Shown here: piece by piece, positions 13,759 through 26,839 of the stretch
How the letters are laid out: each line of letters opens with the position of its first letter
How positions within the stretch are numbered: position 1 is the stretch's first letter
Assembly (NCBI RefSeq): GCF_009914755.1
Contig: NC_060937.1
From: the human T2T-CHM13v2.0 reference genome, Homo sapiens
Length of the DNA: 64,000 nucleotides
Strand: one strand, 5' to 3'
Position numbers and translations under genes: made by a program
The notes under the pieces: model-generated
What the model was told of the DNA's origin: nothing
What the model saw: only the letters and a program-made list of their open reading frames with translations
Databases searched by the model: none

Positions 13759-14316
13759 GCAGTGTGCATGTAAATGTTTAATAACGGGCTCCTTTAAGGA
13801 AAACATCCTGATTTGCAGTGTTTGCTAATTTCTGTGGTGAAAATACATCCTCCATAGATGGTTTCAAGCTACCAAAGTAGTATCACTAAATGTGAAGTTG
13901 GGAATAGATGCAAAATAGTACACTACTACATAGTATTTCCATCATACAGCTATGCCAGTGGTAAATAAACTCAACACTGGCCAGGGGGAGGTGGCTTACA
14001 CCTGTAATCCCAGTACTTTGGGAGGCACAGGTGGGAGGATCGCTTGAGATCAGGAGTTCGGGAGCAGACTGAGCAATATAGCAAGACCCGGTCTCAATTA
14101 AAAAAAGAAAAACAAAAAAACCTCAACAGTGTACTTTACTGCTCATGTAGTAATTAGGGAAGGATGAGTTTTGAGTATTCACTTTGTTTTCAATAAATAA
14201 ATGTAATTGTAGGTTTATATAATTTAATCTTTAATAATGGCTGTTTTAACAACCAATTCACAAAAATTTAACAAGTGATGCTCAGGAGCTGGTAGGAGCA
14301 GGCTCAGCACACCACT
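13759..14316. mobile_element. MER63-type hAT DNA transposon
   Basis: Terminus gagctggtaggagcaggctcagcacaccact; internal ggtttcaagctacc and taaatgtttaataacgggctc. Confidence 0.65.
13979..14120 (+). mobile_element. FLAM (free left Alu monomer)
   Basis: Single monomer ggaggatcgcttgag..caatatagcaagaccc..A-tail; TSD ~aactcaaca. Confidence 0.8.
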
Positions 14317-14444
14317 CTGTATGTGCTCCAGGACTTCTTGTGGTTAGGACAGCGGCTTTGTTGGACTTGAATCATGGTTCAAACTCTCCCTCTGTCCAAT
14401 CCTGGCTCCCATCCCTTCCCAGAGGCCCTGACCCCTAATACCTA

Positions 14445-15415
<971 letters not shown>

Positions 15416-15441
15416 TACTTGATACACTATGATACTTGCTG

Positions 15442-15444
<3 letters not shown>

Positions 15445-15486
<42 letters not shown>
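15445..15486. repeat. (AT)21 microsatellite
   Basis: Pure AT dinucleotide run. Confidence 0.95.
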
Positions 15487-15489
<3 letters not shown>

Positions 15490-15523
15490 ATTCAAGAGAA
15501 CATTCTACTCTTCCTTTCACAGC

Positions 15524-16270
15524 TTTTTTTTTTTTTAATTTAATTTGGCTGGGCGCGGTGGTTCATGCCTGTAATCCCAGTACTTTGGGAGGCTGAGGCG
15601 GGCGGATCACTTGGGGTCAGGAGTTCGAGAACAGCCTTGCCAACATGGTGAAAACCCATCTTAACTAAAAATACAAAAATTAGCCTGGATATGGTGGCAT
15701 GCACCTGTAATCCCAGCTACTCGGGAGGCGGAGGCAGGATAATAACTTGAACCTGGAGGTGGAGGTTGTGGCGAGCTGAGATTGTGCCACTGCACTCCAG
15801 CCTGGGTGACAGAGTGAAACACCATCTCAAAAAAAATTAATTTTATTTTAGATTCAGGGGGTACATGTGCCTGTTTGTTACATGAGCATACTGGAGATTG
15901 GGCTTCTAGTGTACCCATTACCCAAACAGTGAACACTGTACCCCATAGGTAATTTTTCAGCTCTCGCCCCCTGCCCACCCTCCCCTCTTTTGGTGACCCA
16001 GTGTCTATTATTTCCATCTTTATGTCCATGTGTACTCATTGTTTAGCTCCCACTTATAAGTGAGAATGTGTGGTACTTGGTTTTCTGTTTCTGAATTACT
16101 TCACTTAGGATAATGGCCTCCAGCTCCAGCCCATGTCACTGCAAGAGACATGATTTCATTCTTTTTGATGGCTGCATAATATTCCATGATGCATTAATAT
16201 ATGGACCACATCTTCTTTATCCAGTCAACTGTTCATTGACATTCAGGTTGGCTCCATGATTTTGCCATTG
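15524..16270 (-). mobile_element. L1PB-type 3' end with an Alu inserted in its tail
   Basis: poly(T) 15524-15536; tttagctcccacttataagtgagaa; degenerate TSD tttcacag at ~15515 and ~16276. Confidence 0.8.
15547..15836 (+). mobile_element. AluS
   Basis: Full dimer; TSD ~ttaattt.attt. Confidence 0.9.
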
Positions 16271-16357
16271 TTCTTTTCACAGTTTCTAAATACAGCATAA
16301 CCAACTGTTAAAATAAGACTTATCTTGGAATGCTGCCAGGTGGGCCAATAGATAACT

Positions 16358-16806
16358 ATGACAGTTTGGGACCTCTGAAAAGCAGATGTCAAGATAGGAT
16401 TAGATGTGCCAAAATATTTTAAAGAAAACACCTGTGCAGGATAGTGCAGGAGGGAGAAGGAGCCTGGCATGCAGGTGAGGAGTGCCTTCTGACTGCAATA
16501 CAGGTCTGACACTTGTGAATGGAGAGAGGGAAGGGAAGAAGATTGGGTAGGAAGAGCTCCAGACTGCAGCACATTCTGAGAAAGCCCTGGTAGGGTGGTA
16601 GGAATTCCAGAGCAAAGACTGCCCACTAGAGGCAGAAAGGGCATAGCTCTAGCGCTCTCACCATGTTCCGTTGTGAGCTGGAAACAGCTGGGGAATGTGT
16701 GACCTTGGTATGAGCTCTGTGGTGGATCCAAATGTGTGACAGCTGAAGGCTGTCAGTTGCTCAAGCTTCCAAGATCTCAGGGGATCACCTCCCTCCATGC
16801 CACCAC
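16358..16806 (-). mobile_element. ERVL solo LTR (LTR33-like)
   Basis: Reverse strand reads TGTGGTGGCATGG...CTGCTTTTCAGAGGTCCCAAACTGTCA, giving TG..CA termini. Confidence 0.55.
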
Positions 16807-17348
16807 ACAGATAGGTATCCCCACACATAAATCCATATAAATGGAGGTATTGGACCATCTTTGTAGGATTTGCTAAGTTGGGGTTCTGCCACCTTCAGAC
16901 CAAATTGAAGGAAAGGAGAGAGCAATCAAGGGAGAAGATGAGAACGACACGGTGCTGACAGGGAGAAGGAGGACCCACCCACTTCATGCAAAGAAAGGCA
17001 TGCTTCCAAAGAACTACTTGGAGAGCCTGGCATGTGTCACCTGGAGTGTGGGGACATGCATGAACCCAGAGATGGCTGAGAAGCTTCAAGGAAAGAGGCC
17101 GGTCAGAGTTACCTGTGACCAGAGAAGAAGAAAAGAGAACTGCAGTGACAGTGGCCTGCACTTCTATAGCGTGATGGGCCAAATGCCAGTTGGTGTCCGT
17201 GGGTCAGCACGCACGTGGTGGAAGGTAGCTGGGACTGACTGCCAGGGCATGGTGCCTTGCAGAGGGCCTGAATGAGGCTGACCACCAGTGAAGCTGAGGC
17301 TGAAGTTGCAGGGTCAGAACCCCACCCTGCCCAACTTGAGAAACCAGT

Positions 17349-17914
<566 letters not shown>

Positions 17915-18948
17915 CGGTGGAACCCGTCTTCACAGAGCTAGCTGGGGAGAACACAGAAGCAGGAAGCGAAGGTCGTTTTCCTCCTCCTTGCAGGCTTCTG
18001 AGCTTGGGTCAGGTTGGGGTCTGGTGGGTGGTGGGAGGCTAGTGGGGAAGGCTTGAATGGATTGCGATTAAAGTTTTGATTTGGATTGGGCTGGACTTTT
18101 TATTATCAGCAAATCTGACTGTTTATGAACACCTGAAAGTGACAGGAAAAGCTATGAAATTTGCCCCAGATTCTTCCAGGGGAGAAGGGAGAGCTTCTGG
18201 AATAATTTTTAAAGACAGTGGTCTGAAAAAAAAAAGTGCCATTTCATGATTTCCCTTCACCAAGTAGTCCAGTTGGTTAAAAAAAAAAATTAACTGTCAT
18301 AAAGTATTGGTTAACACAGTGGTTTGGAAAGACATCCCCTAAAAACAAAAAACGCCAACCTAAATAGTGCAAAGACCAGCAACATCGTTTCATCTTTATA
18401 ATGGTAAATGTTTATTCCATTGCTGTTTGAATCAGTCTGCAGAAGTCCTCTGGTTTCGCTTGCCTTTTCAAACCTCCAGGTGCACCGCGTGAGGGAGTCT
18501 GAGCATTTCAGGTAGGACTGGAAAAAGGTCTTTGAGAAATCATTAATTAATCTATTTACCTTACCATAAGAGCAGTCAAGGCTCGCTGGAACCCCTCGGA
18601 CAGTGGGGAGGCACATTTGGTGCTCATTAAACATAGAAATAAGCTTGCTTCTAGAAAGAAACGCCTGCCTTTTGCGCAAATCTTTTCAGAGACTGGCTTT
18701 GGGCTCCTATGAATCAGGCACCCTAGCGTCCTCCAAAGTTCTTCCCGATGCTGAACCCCAATGCCTCCTGCTGCGCCTAATTCGAAGCGGCTCCCTCTTC
18801 TGAGCGGAAAACAGCGGAACGCATTCCTGGAGGCCTGCCCTGGAACGGCCAACTCATTCTTACTCCTTTCTCCTGGGGTCCGATGCTAGGGCACCACGGT
18901 GACCAGCCGCGCAGCGGGCAGCGGCCCGCGCCGCGCCCACCGCCTGCG

Positions 18949-19086
18949 GAGGCTGGGTCTGGGTCTGGGTCTGGGGCTGGAGCTGGGGCTGGGGCTGAGG
19001 CGGGAGCTGGGGCGGGGGCGGGGGCTGGGGCTGGGGCTGGGGCTGGGGCTGGGGCTGGGGCTGGGGCTGGGGCTGGGGCTGGGGCG
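18949..19086 (+). repeat. Interrupted (GGGGCT)n hexanucleotide repeat, 23 units with 10 pure units at 19021-19080
   Basis: gaggct,(gggtct)3,ggggct,ggagct,(ggggct)2,gaggcg,ggagct,(ggggcg)2,(ggggct)10,ggggcg. Confidence 0.97.
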
Positions 19087-19118
19087 GGCAGGCGCGCGCG
19101 CAGGAGCGGGCGCAGGGG

Positions 19119-19137
19119 CCGTCGGCAGAGGGCGCTA
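19119..19137 (+). promoter_or_regulatory. CTCF-like motif just 3' of the hexamer repeat
   Basis: CCGTCGGCAGAGGGCGCTA; the 3' portion matches the consensus closely. Confidence 0.45.
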
Positions 19138-19389
19138 CGGCTCCCGGCTGCGGAGCTGCGACGCGGGGCGCGGGGCGCGGAGCGCGGGCCGGGAGGAGGC
19201 GCCTGGGTCTCGGCGAGTGCGTCTCCGGGCGGCCGGGAGGGGGTGCGCGCATCAGCTGCCCCGCGCCGCCTACCGCTCGGGCCCGCTCGCCGCCCGGCCA
19301 CTGTCACCGCGGACGGCACCTCGCGGGCGAGGCGCGCCGGCTGCGTGGCGCGCTGCGAAGGTTGGGCTGGGCGGCCGCCGGCCCCGCGG

Positions 19390-19537
19390 CTTCTCTTTGT
19401 CCAGGCGAGGCGGCTGGAGGAGCAGCCGCGGCCGCGGCGGAGCCGGGAGCGCCTGGGCGTCGTGCGGGCGGCTCCGGTCCCCGGCTGCGCCCCGGCCCTC
19501 GAGCGGGGGCGGCGGCCTGGGCGGTGCCTGCGCCGAG
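19390..19537 (+). other. Candidate first exon A (5' boundary unknown)
   Basis: Strong donor GAG|GTGAGT at 19537/19538 inside the CpG island. Confidence 0.65.
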
Positions 19538-19744
19538 GTGAGTGCGGGGGCGCGGAGCGGAGCGCAGCCGCGGCGCGGGCGTGGGCGGGCAGAGGTGATA
19601 GCGAGCGCCGGCGGCTCCAGGTGCGGGGGCGCCCCTCGCGCTCCACCTGCGCCGCCGCCGCCGGCTCTCAGGGCAAGTTTATCTCCCCCCTTCTGCGGAA
19701 ACCCTTGACCGCTTAGCGGAGTACAGACCTGTCGGTAAATAGAA

Positions 19745-19863
19745 AACTCGAGCTGGAGAGGAGGAGGAAGCAGCGTGGCGGAACCCGGCCCGAGATGAGC
19801 GTCTCCGTGAGGGCAGTGGTGGCCTCTTGGACATTACATCTTTCTTGGCTCTTTTTGACCCAG
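19745..19863 (+). other. Candidate alternative first exon B (alternative donor at 19939)
   Basis: CAG|GTGAGC at 19863 and 19939. The ATG at 19795 (gagATG) gives 23 codons, phase 0, to the 19863 donor. Confidence 0.5.
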
Positions 19864-21807
19864 GTGAGCGAATCCTCTGCTGCGCGGTCCGGTGGGGTCG
19901 GCTGGCTCTGCTGCCGCCCTCTGGACCCGCCGGAGACAGGTGAGCGGAGTTGGGGAGCGCGCAGCCGGGCTCGGGGCAGCGCCGGGCTGGTTCGGCTTCT
20001 CGTCTCCAGAGCGCTGATGCTTCCTGCCCACATCACCTGCTCTGGCTTAGGGACTGCAGCTCTTTTGGCACCTTCGCTTGCTGCCAGGTTCAACACCCAC
20101 TGCTTTAGAGGCGTTGGTAGGTTAGTTAAGGCGAGTTCTCCCCTACCCACCCCCAGCTTTGGATAATTTGGTCTGAGTCTTCGTCTTAATTTAGTATGAG
20201 TGTGTTATTTCCTTCAAGCTTTATAATGGTAAAGCAGTGAAGCGGCTTGCTACATCCATTTTTTTTTTTCATTCTGTGCCTGTGCACAGAAGGAATTACA
20301 GGCACACAAGTGATGTTACTACCATTCTATTTTAAATACAAACACGGAAAGAAGTACTCTTGGCAGGATACCAAAGGCGCCTGTACTCTCTGTTATATAA
20401 ATGCTTAAAAAAATTTGCTCATTGGTAAAGTTATGTGTGATTACCAGAGCACCTAAGAAGAGAGTGTCATGCTTTTAGTTTACTTGGAGATAAGCAGTGG
20501 TCTTAGCTTGAGGTACCCTTTTAAGATAATATAGGACCCTATATTAAAAAAGTCATTAGGTATAATTGTAAAGCATTAAAAAATTGGTTTTGTAAAGTCT
20601 ATTAGGAATTGGTGAGAATTCTTTGACTACTTATTGATAAAAAGATCCTACATGTATATTTTCTAGTTTTCAAACTATTGAATGATTTTATTTTTATCTC
20701 TGATGGAAACTTAGTAATTGTGAGTTGCCAGTTATTAAAGATGTGTCTCTCTTTCCCTTCCCTTTCCCCAGGCCCCAAAACCAGTACTCACATTTATGGC
20801 TATTTTTTTCAGGTAAAAATACAAAAGTAGAAAACATCAGATATACTGATGGCTGGGAACAGCCCTTGTCCCTCCTCCACCCAGTATTCTGTTCTAATTG
20901 GTCTGGGCTGATACCTTGATACCTGTAATGTTAAAAAGCTTTCCTGGTGATTCTAACGTGTAGCCAGGGGTGAGACCCATTGTGGAGCATTGTATTGTCA
21001 CTTTCTGTAGCCTATGGTGTTGCTACAGTGGTTTAAGGTAAGTCAAAAATACGTTGTTAGAAACATGGGAAGAAAAAAATGGTATTGGAAAGGGGACACA
21101 TCAGAGAATTACAGCATGTAGACTTTTGTGTTTTGTCTAAATGCTCTTTCTTGATTTTCCTGCGAAGAGTAGTTGATGTTTATTAGGGACCCATAATTCC
21201 ATGTAGAATACTTACGGGAATCTTAAGTGATATATTTCATTTGCAGAAGTACCAATGAAAGTTGAGTAGTAGTGGCAGGATATTCATTTATGTTTACACG
21301 GTAAAGTAAGTCATAGGAAAGATTATTTTCCATATCAAATTAAAAACTTTTACTATAAACTAGTAAATTAAGTGCAAAAAGTTTTTATTGTTTTTAAGGT
21401 CAGAAAGAAACCTGGCCTCTGAGTCAGTGTTTTCTGTCTCCCTTATGTAATCCCAAATATCCAAATCTAGGAGCAGATCTTATGGATGGTTTATGAAGGC
21501 TTATGTAAGAGCTATGACTGTGCTTTTGGTACTCCATTAAACTCCCTGTTTGGGCTATTACATAATTGACACGGAACTAGACTGTTAAAGCCAAAATCCA
21601 GGAGGATGCCGAAACCCACTCCGGCATACGCACTTTTATAATGAATTGCTGTTGCCAAATTGGAGGGAACAGCAGGGATGGTGGTTTGTGAAAGAGAGGT
21701 AAGAATAGCATCTGGGGGATTGATGTAATAGAAGACTGTTATGCTTAGCGATTTTCTAGAGATTTGAATGCTGTGGCAGAAACCTCTCTAGTCCTTTCTA
21801 TCTCCAG

Positions 21808-22036
21808 CAGAGGCAGATCGACTGGGGAGCTAATGAACCTAAGCCTCAGGTCCCTCCGTCACAGAGGCTTCTTTGGAGCCCTCTGGGAGGGGCACTGGCA
21901 GTGTGTTCATGTGGTCATCCCTGAGTTTGTATTTGTACTTTTGGATTTTTTTTTTAAATAAGGAGAGTACTCTTTCTATATTCCCACCCCCCAATTATAT
22001 AAACCCAAGGTTCCACAGACCCTGAATCTATCCCTG
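21808..22036 (+). mobile_element. MER53-like hAT MITE
   Basis: cagaggcagat..gagctaatgaacctaagcctcagg ... ccacagaccctgaatctatccctg termini. Confidence 0.55.
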
Positions 22037-22802
22037 TCTTCAAACCTGTGTTCAAGTATTAACTTATAAAATTGCCTATTCTTAGTTTAATTTTTGTCAT
22101 CTGAAAAGATGAAAAAAATCTGTACAATATCATAGTTGACTTGCTGAGAAAATGCAAACTGCTATAACCTAGGGCTGTATAGAGCCACTGAAATCAGGCA
22201 CATACCTGGAGAACTAGCTCTTTGCCTCGTGATCGCACACACATGGGATTGTTTTGGATCAGTGTGTGAGCTGGAGGTGGAGAAGAGTGGAAACGGGTTG
22301 GGGAAGGGAGGAAAGTGGGTTAAAGCTCTTCCTCCTCTCAGAGGCAGGATGCCAAGGGGAAAGGAAGGAAAACTATTGAAAGATGCTTCATTAATAAAAT
22401 GTTAATAGGAACAGATAGCATCAGCTCCATAGGAGATCCTTCTGTAAGCTCAGGATTGGTCTCTAATACGAATTTTCAACAGTAAGCAAACAAACTCATT
22501 CCTCGAAAATATCCTACAGGAAACAAATGCAGGTTTGGAAGGACTAGATGAGTATCAGCTTGTTCCCATTAGCAGTTTTTATGAGCAAGTGGGAGGCTTA
22601 TAATATCTACCACACACATGTTTGAAACGAGTTGTTGAAAAGAGTCAAGGAGTTTCCCCTTTTCTCTGAAATGATTTCTACTTCCTATGTGAATTTGGAT
22701 GCCTTTAGATCTTATCATCTTGACCCTTCCCACCAACGGGTATACCTTGTCTATCAATTACCCATCCATCAGTCATCTATCTACCATCCACCCACCCATC
22801 CA

Positions 22803-23940
22803 CAGAGACTCTCTTTTTGACCAAACTTTAGTCAGGCTCCCCTGAGCCCTCTTCTCAACTGGGCCTCAACCTTGGCCCGTAAGAACTGCAGCTTTCAACA
22901 CAAACAATTTTGTCTGTGCTCCCACCCTCCAACGGATTTGAAAACACTGTAGCATGGTGTATTAGCCTGTTCTCACCTTGCTGATAAAGACATACCCAAG
23001 ACTGGGTAATATATAAAGGAAAGAGGTTTAATTGACTCATATAGTTCAGCATGGCTGGGGAGGCCTCAGGAAACATAGAATCACGGTGGAAGGGGAAGCA
23101 AACACGTCCTTCTTCACATGGCAGCAGGAGAGAAAAATGAGCAAAAGGGGGAAAAACACCGTATAAAACCAGCAGATTTCATGAGAACTTACTGTCGCGA
23201 GAACAACATGAGGGTAGTTCCCCCATGATTAAATTACCTCCCACCTAGTCCCTCTCATGACACATGGGGATTATGGGAATTATAATTCATGATGACATTT
23301 GGGTGGGGACACAGCCAAACCATATAACATGGCATCTAGCAGCCTAAGGCCATGTGTCTGGGATCACCCAGCCTCACTTGCATTCCTACCTAGAAAAGCT
23401 CAAGGCTGCCCCAAAGAATTTATCTTTTGTTCTAGCCCACACAAATGATAATAGGCCCCTGACTTTCATTTTGTTAGATCGTTTATTAAAAACTTACAAT
23501 TGTAATTCTTTCTCTGTGCCTTTGAGATATATGTGTATCTCCTACCACCTGGAGTGTCTTCCTCAGTGTCTGTGAGCCATTCCTTTGAAGTGTAATCATC
23601 AGGGAGGATAGGGCTCTGTCCTCTAGTCTCTGTAGATGGGTAGGAGCCTAACTTTGACAAGTGCCATTTAGCAGTCACAGATGGCCTAGTCTCATTGGCA
23701 AGCCCCCTTGCCTGATTGCTGTAATGTTCTGTGTCCTTGACCCTGCTTGAGCCCCCACACATTCTCATTTCTCCTCCCTACTTCCTTATTCTCCCTTTAA
23801 AACACCCAGTCACCTCTACCTGAATTGGAGTTGAGCTCAGTTCTATACTGAAGTCTCTTTCTCTCACTGCAGTTGTACTGGGTAAAATCTGTCTTTACTG
23901 CCTTTAACCAGTGTCTAGCTTTTTTTTTTTTTTTTAAACA
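22803..23940 (+). mobile_element. ERV1 MER4-group solo LTR (MER31/MER65/MER67-like), split by THE1
   Basis: Starts tgaccaaactttagtcaggctcc; ends taaaatctgtctttactgcctttaac..aaaca. Sits within an L2 (TCCA)n tail. Confidence 0.6.
22958..23327 (-). mobile_element. THE1 (C/D-like) solo LTR
   Basis: tgtattag..aaagacatacccaagactgggtaat..ggggacacagccaaaccatat; perfect 5-bp TSD CATGG (22953-22957 / 23328-23332). Confidence 0.92.
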
Positions 23941-24255
23941 CCATCCAACAAAAAAGTTTGAGTGTCTCCATAGGCCAGGCACTTTTACATATTAGGTATA
24001 GAGCAGCAAATAAAACAGACAAAAACTGCATCCTTGAGGAACTTACAGTGTAATGGAATGAATCAGATGAGGTTAAGTACTTAATATATCAGGTATGGAT
24101 ACTGCTATGGAGAAAATAAATCAGAGATGGGGGAGCAGGAGTGGGTTATGGGGAATTGCTATTTCAAGTAGTGTGGTCAGGGAATGCCTCACTGAAAGGA
24201 GATGTTGAGCAGAGCCCTAAAGGAGATGGAAGAGTGAGCCACCTGACCAGAGTGC
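23941..24255 (-). mobile_element. L2 fragment
   Basis: ccaggcactt..aaataaaacagacaaaaac..ggaacttaca..gtggtcagggaatgcctcactga. Confidence 0.7.
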
Positions 24256-26839
24256 AGCTGGCATTTGTGGGGAGCACAGGGAGGCAGCTGCAGGCCGCAG
24301 TGGGGGAATCTCATGCTCATGGCCAGCTTTTCCTCATGACAGCAGCCCCATCCCCCACTCCAGCCACCTGAGGCTGCCCACGAACACTGGTGTTGTTCTT
24401 GGGGCCTTAGTGGTATGGTGGCTTGGAACTGAGGACCTCTCAGGGCATCGGAATCCAGCCTAGACCATACCTGAATAGGAGTAAGGAATGAGAGTGTATG
24501 TTTTCAATGATGGCTCCCACTGGTTTGTCATAGGAAAGAGGCTGGGGGCAAGCTCACTCCAGCCTGGATTCCCTGCAGTCACCCTGGGAACAAATGGAAC
24601 TATGATGTATAAAAGATGTGGACAGTGGAAACCACACGGCTCTTTCTCGAGGAATGTCTTAATATCAGGAACCTAGAACAACTTTCTGATTTGAACTGAG
24701 CCTAGAGAGAATCCCCAGCTTAAAGGGAACTGGGGTTGGTTAGGGTTTGAGGAGGGGAAATTACTCAGTCATTGACCGAGGCTCCTGCATGCCCAGATGG
24801 CTGCTCAACATCTGCTAACCAGAACAACACACACACACACACCCCTGGCAACAGGCTGTCATGAATTTCTCCATGGAGAAGGTGAAGAAACCATTGGGGA
24901 GCAGCAGCCAGGGCCTGTCTGCTGGTTTTTAGTTACAGCCTTTCTATACTCATGGGGACAGGGGTATGGAACCAGGATGGGATAGCTGTTTCATTTTTTA
25001 AGCTGTTAGCTTGTAACCATTTTAAACTCTCAACAACCAAAACACAAATCTCTCATATAGAGGTTCCTTGGATTGTTTGCTGGTGGGTAGGGAGCATCAC
25101 AGCAGCTTGAGTGAGCATATGCAGCTGGCATTGGGGAGGTGGCATTTATAGGAGTCTGGTGTTCCTGACTCTTCTCTGTGCCTGTCATGACTTCATGTGG
25201 TCTCTTACTTTGCAAGCTTCTCTCACGTGCCCTATTGTATTTGGAAAATGGGGAACTTAAGGTCATTCCTGGGTATTTGATACTCCTCTTTAGCTTTTGT
25301 AAGTGGGCCTTCTTCTAATTGGTTGTATATATTCTATATGTTGGTTGTATTACATATAACCAATAATTGATATATAGAAAGCTATTCTAAAATGTAATGT
25401 AACCAAGCACTTTTCAAGCTCTTATTAATTATAACCTTGTTTTGTGGTTATTTTCCTTGGATTTTCCAGATAGATGGTCATATCATCTGCTAAATAAGTA
25501 AATAAATCAATAAATTTAAAATACATGGTTAGATGAATGAATAGATAAAAAATGATTACTTTGGTCTCTTTATTTCTATTTTTTATTATCAGACTAGATA
25601 GAAGACGAGACTGTTTATCTGTTGAGAGATTTTAAAAACAAGATTATTGTATTTCAGCCAAATGTACTTCCCTTGTCCCAGAGAGGATAGGCTATATGAT
25701 CTCTGAGGTCCTCTCCTTATTAGTCTTTTTACTCTGTTTACTGTAGACCCATTGTACCAGTATGTTCAGTTCCCATAGAAAAACAAAAGAGTGTTTACAC
25801 ACAGTCATTATAGATAAGCCAGCAGTGTGTGTGATTAGGGCCAAACCAGTATTGATGATGGCCTGATACTGACTTTAGAAAGTTTGACTCACCTTGCAGA
25901 AATGAAAAGCCAACATAATGCATTAGCGTCTATGAAGACTGTAATAAGGCAAATACATTTGTCCAGAAACAGGCTGATATTGATACACTGATTTTAAGTG
26001 CTTTTCCCCAAAAGTACAATAGAGAAAGCCAGGAATATATAGCCTTGGATTACAATAAATGATAATAAAACAGCAGAAGCAAATAACACTTAATAGGGAA
26101 GTTTATTTTCCACACTTCATCAGATTGCTACTGCAGAGTACTAGTCTAAAAATTTAATATGAACACTAGCTCTGTAAATACGGGAGAAGTAATCTCAAAT
26201 CATCCTGAATTAATTATCTTTGTGCTAAGCTGTTTGACATTACTCATTGAAAATAGCTTCTCAAGACAGGCAGTATTTTTCTACACACAAATAATTGTGT
26301 TCTCAGGTTGGAAATGTTGCCACATATTAAGCCAAACACATTTTTTTGCTACTAATTCTTATATTACTATCAGTTTATTTCAGGGAAAGTTAATTTGAGA
26401 ATTGAAATCATGTAGCAGAATAATTTTGGTTGAAATTGATGTTTCTAAGCCTGATGCATTTTCCATTAGTGTTACATGGTATCATTGGAAGTTTGTACAG
26501 TGAACATGCCAAACATTAGGTTTAGTTTTCTGAAGACTCTAGCAAGTATTCTTTTTTTTTAAATCCACATTGTATTAGTTTAACTGGCAGGTAGTAATTA
26601 GTTTTATATTGAGTGAGCTAATTTGCCACTACTAGCAGATTTTGAAGTTATTTTAATATAAATACATTGTCCTCTACCCCCAAACTTTATACTGAAATTT
26701 TTCTGCTAAATTTTAGGATTATAATTTTGATAATGGCCCAGGATATTGGAATAAAATATAAATGTGAGTTAGCATTAATATCTCAGTTTAGAGAATAACA
26801 ATAAAAGCAGGAATGTGACCTGCAGCCACATTTCTTCAG

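Larger units (their letters stand above)
13520..14440 (+). mobile_element. ERVL LTR (LTR33-like), split by MER63
   Basis: cctcacctgcagagagccccctcgcccaag.. continues after 14316 with actctccctctgtccaatcctggctc. Confidence 0.5.
18883..19716 (+). other. ATG-initiated 277-codon ORF encoding a poly-Gly-Ala tract; translation unproven
   Basis: True ATG at 18883 is in frame with GGG GCT. Kozak context is weak, and GC-rich DNA is naturally stop-poor. Confidence 0.15.
18760..20050 (+). promoter_or_regulatory. CpG island promoter / first-exon region of an unidentified + strand gene
   Basis: Very high GC and CpG density, Sp1 GC boxes (GGGGCGGGG 19009-19023), NRF1-like GCGCGCGCGCA (~19092), and consensus donors facing + at 19537, 19863 and 19939, followed by tens of kb of intron-like DNA. 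Confidence 0.9.

Noticed and set aside
18760-20050. Assigning a gene symbol to the promoter
   Set aside because: No recognisable coding exon lies in the window, and I could not match the first-exon sequence to a known mRNA with confidence. BLAT is needed.
18899-20166. Long overlapping ORFs in the CpG island as real CDS
   Set aside because: Multiple frames on both strands are open, as expected for very GC-rich, stop-poor DNA. The products are Arg/Ala/Gly/Pro-rich with no domain. They are kept only as repeat-translation hypotheses.
20772-20812. 41-nt candidate exon (CAG..CAG|GTAAAA); a similar case lies at 45791-45813
   Set aside because: Weak donors, indistinguishable from the pseudo-exon background.
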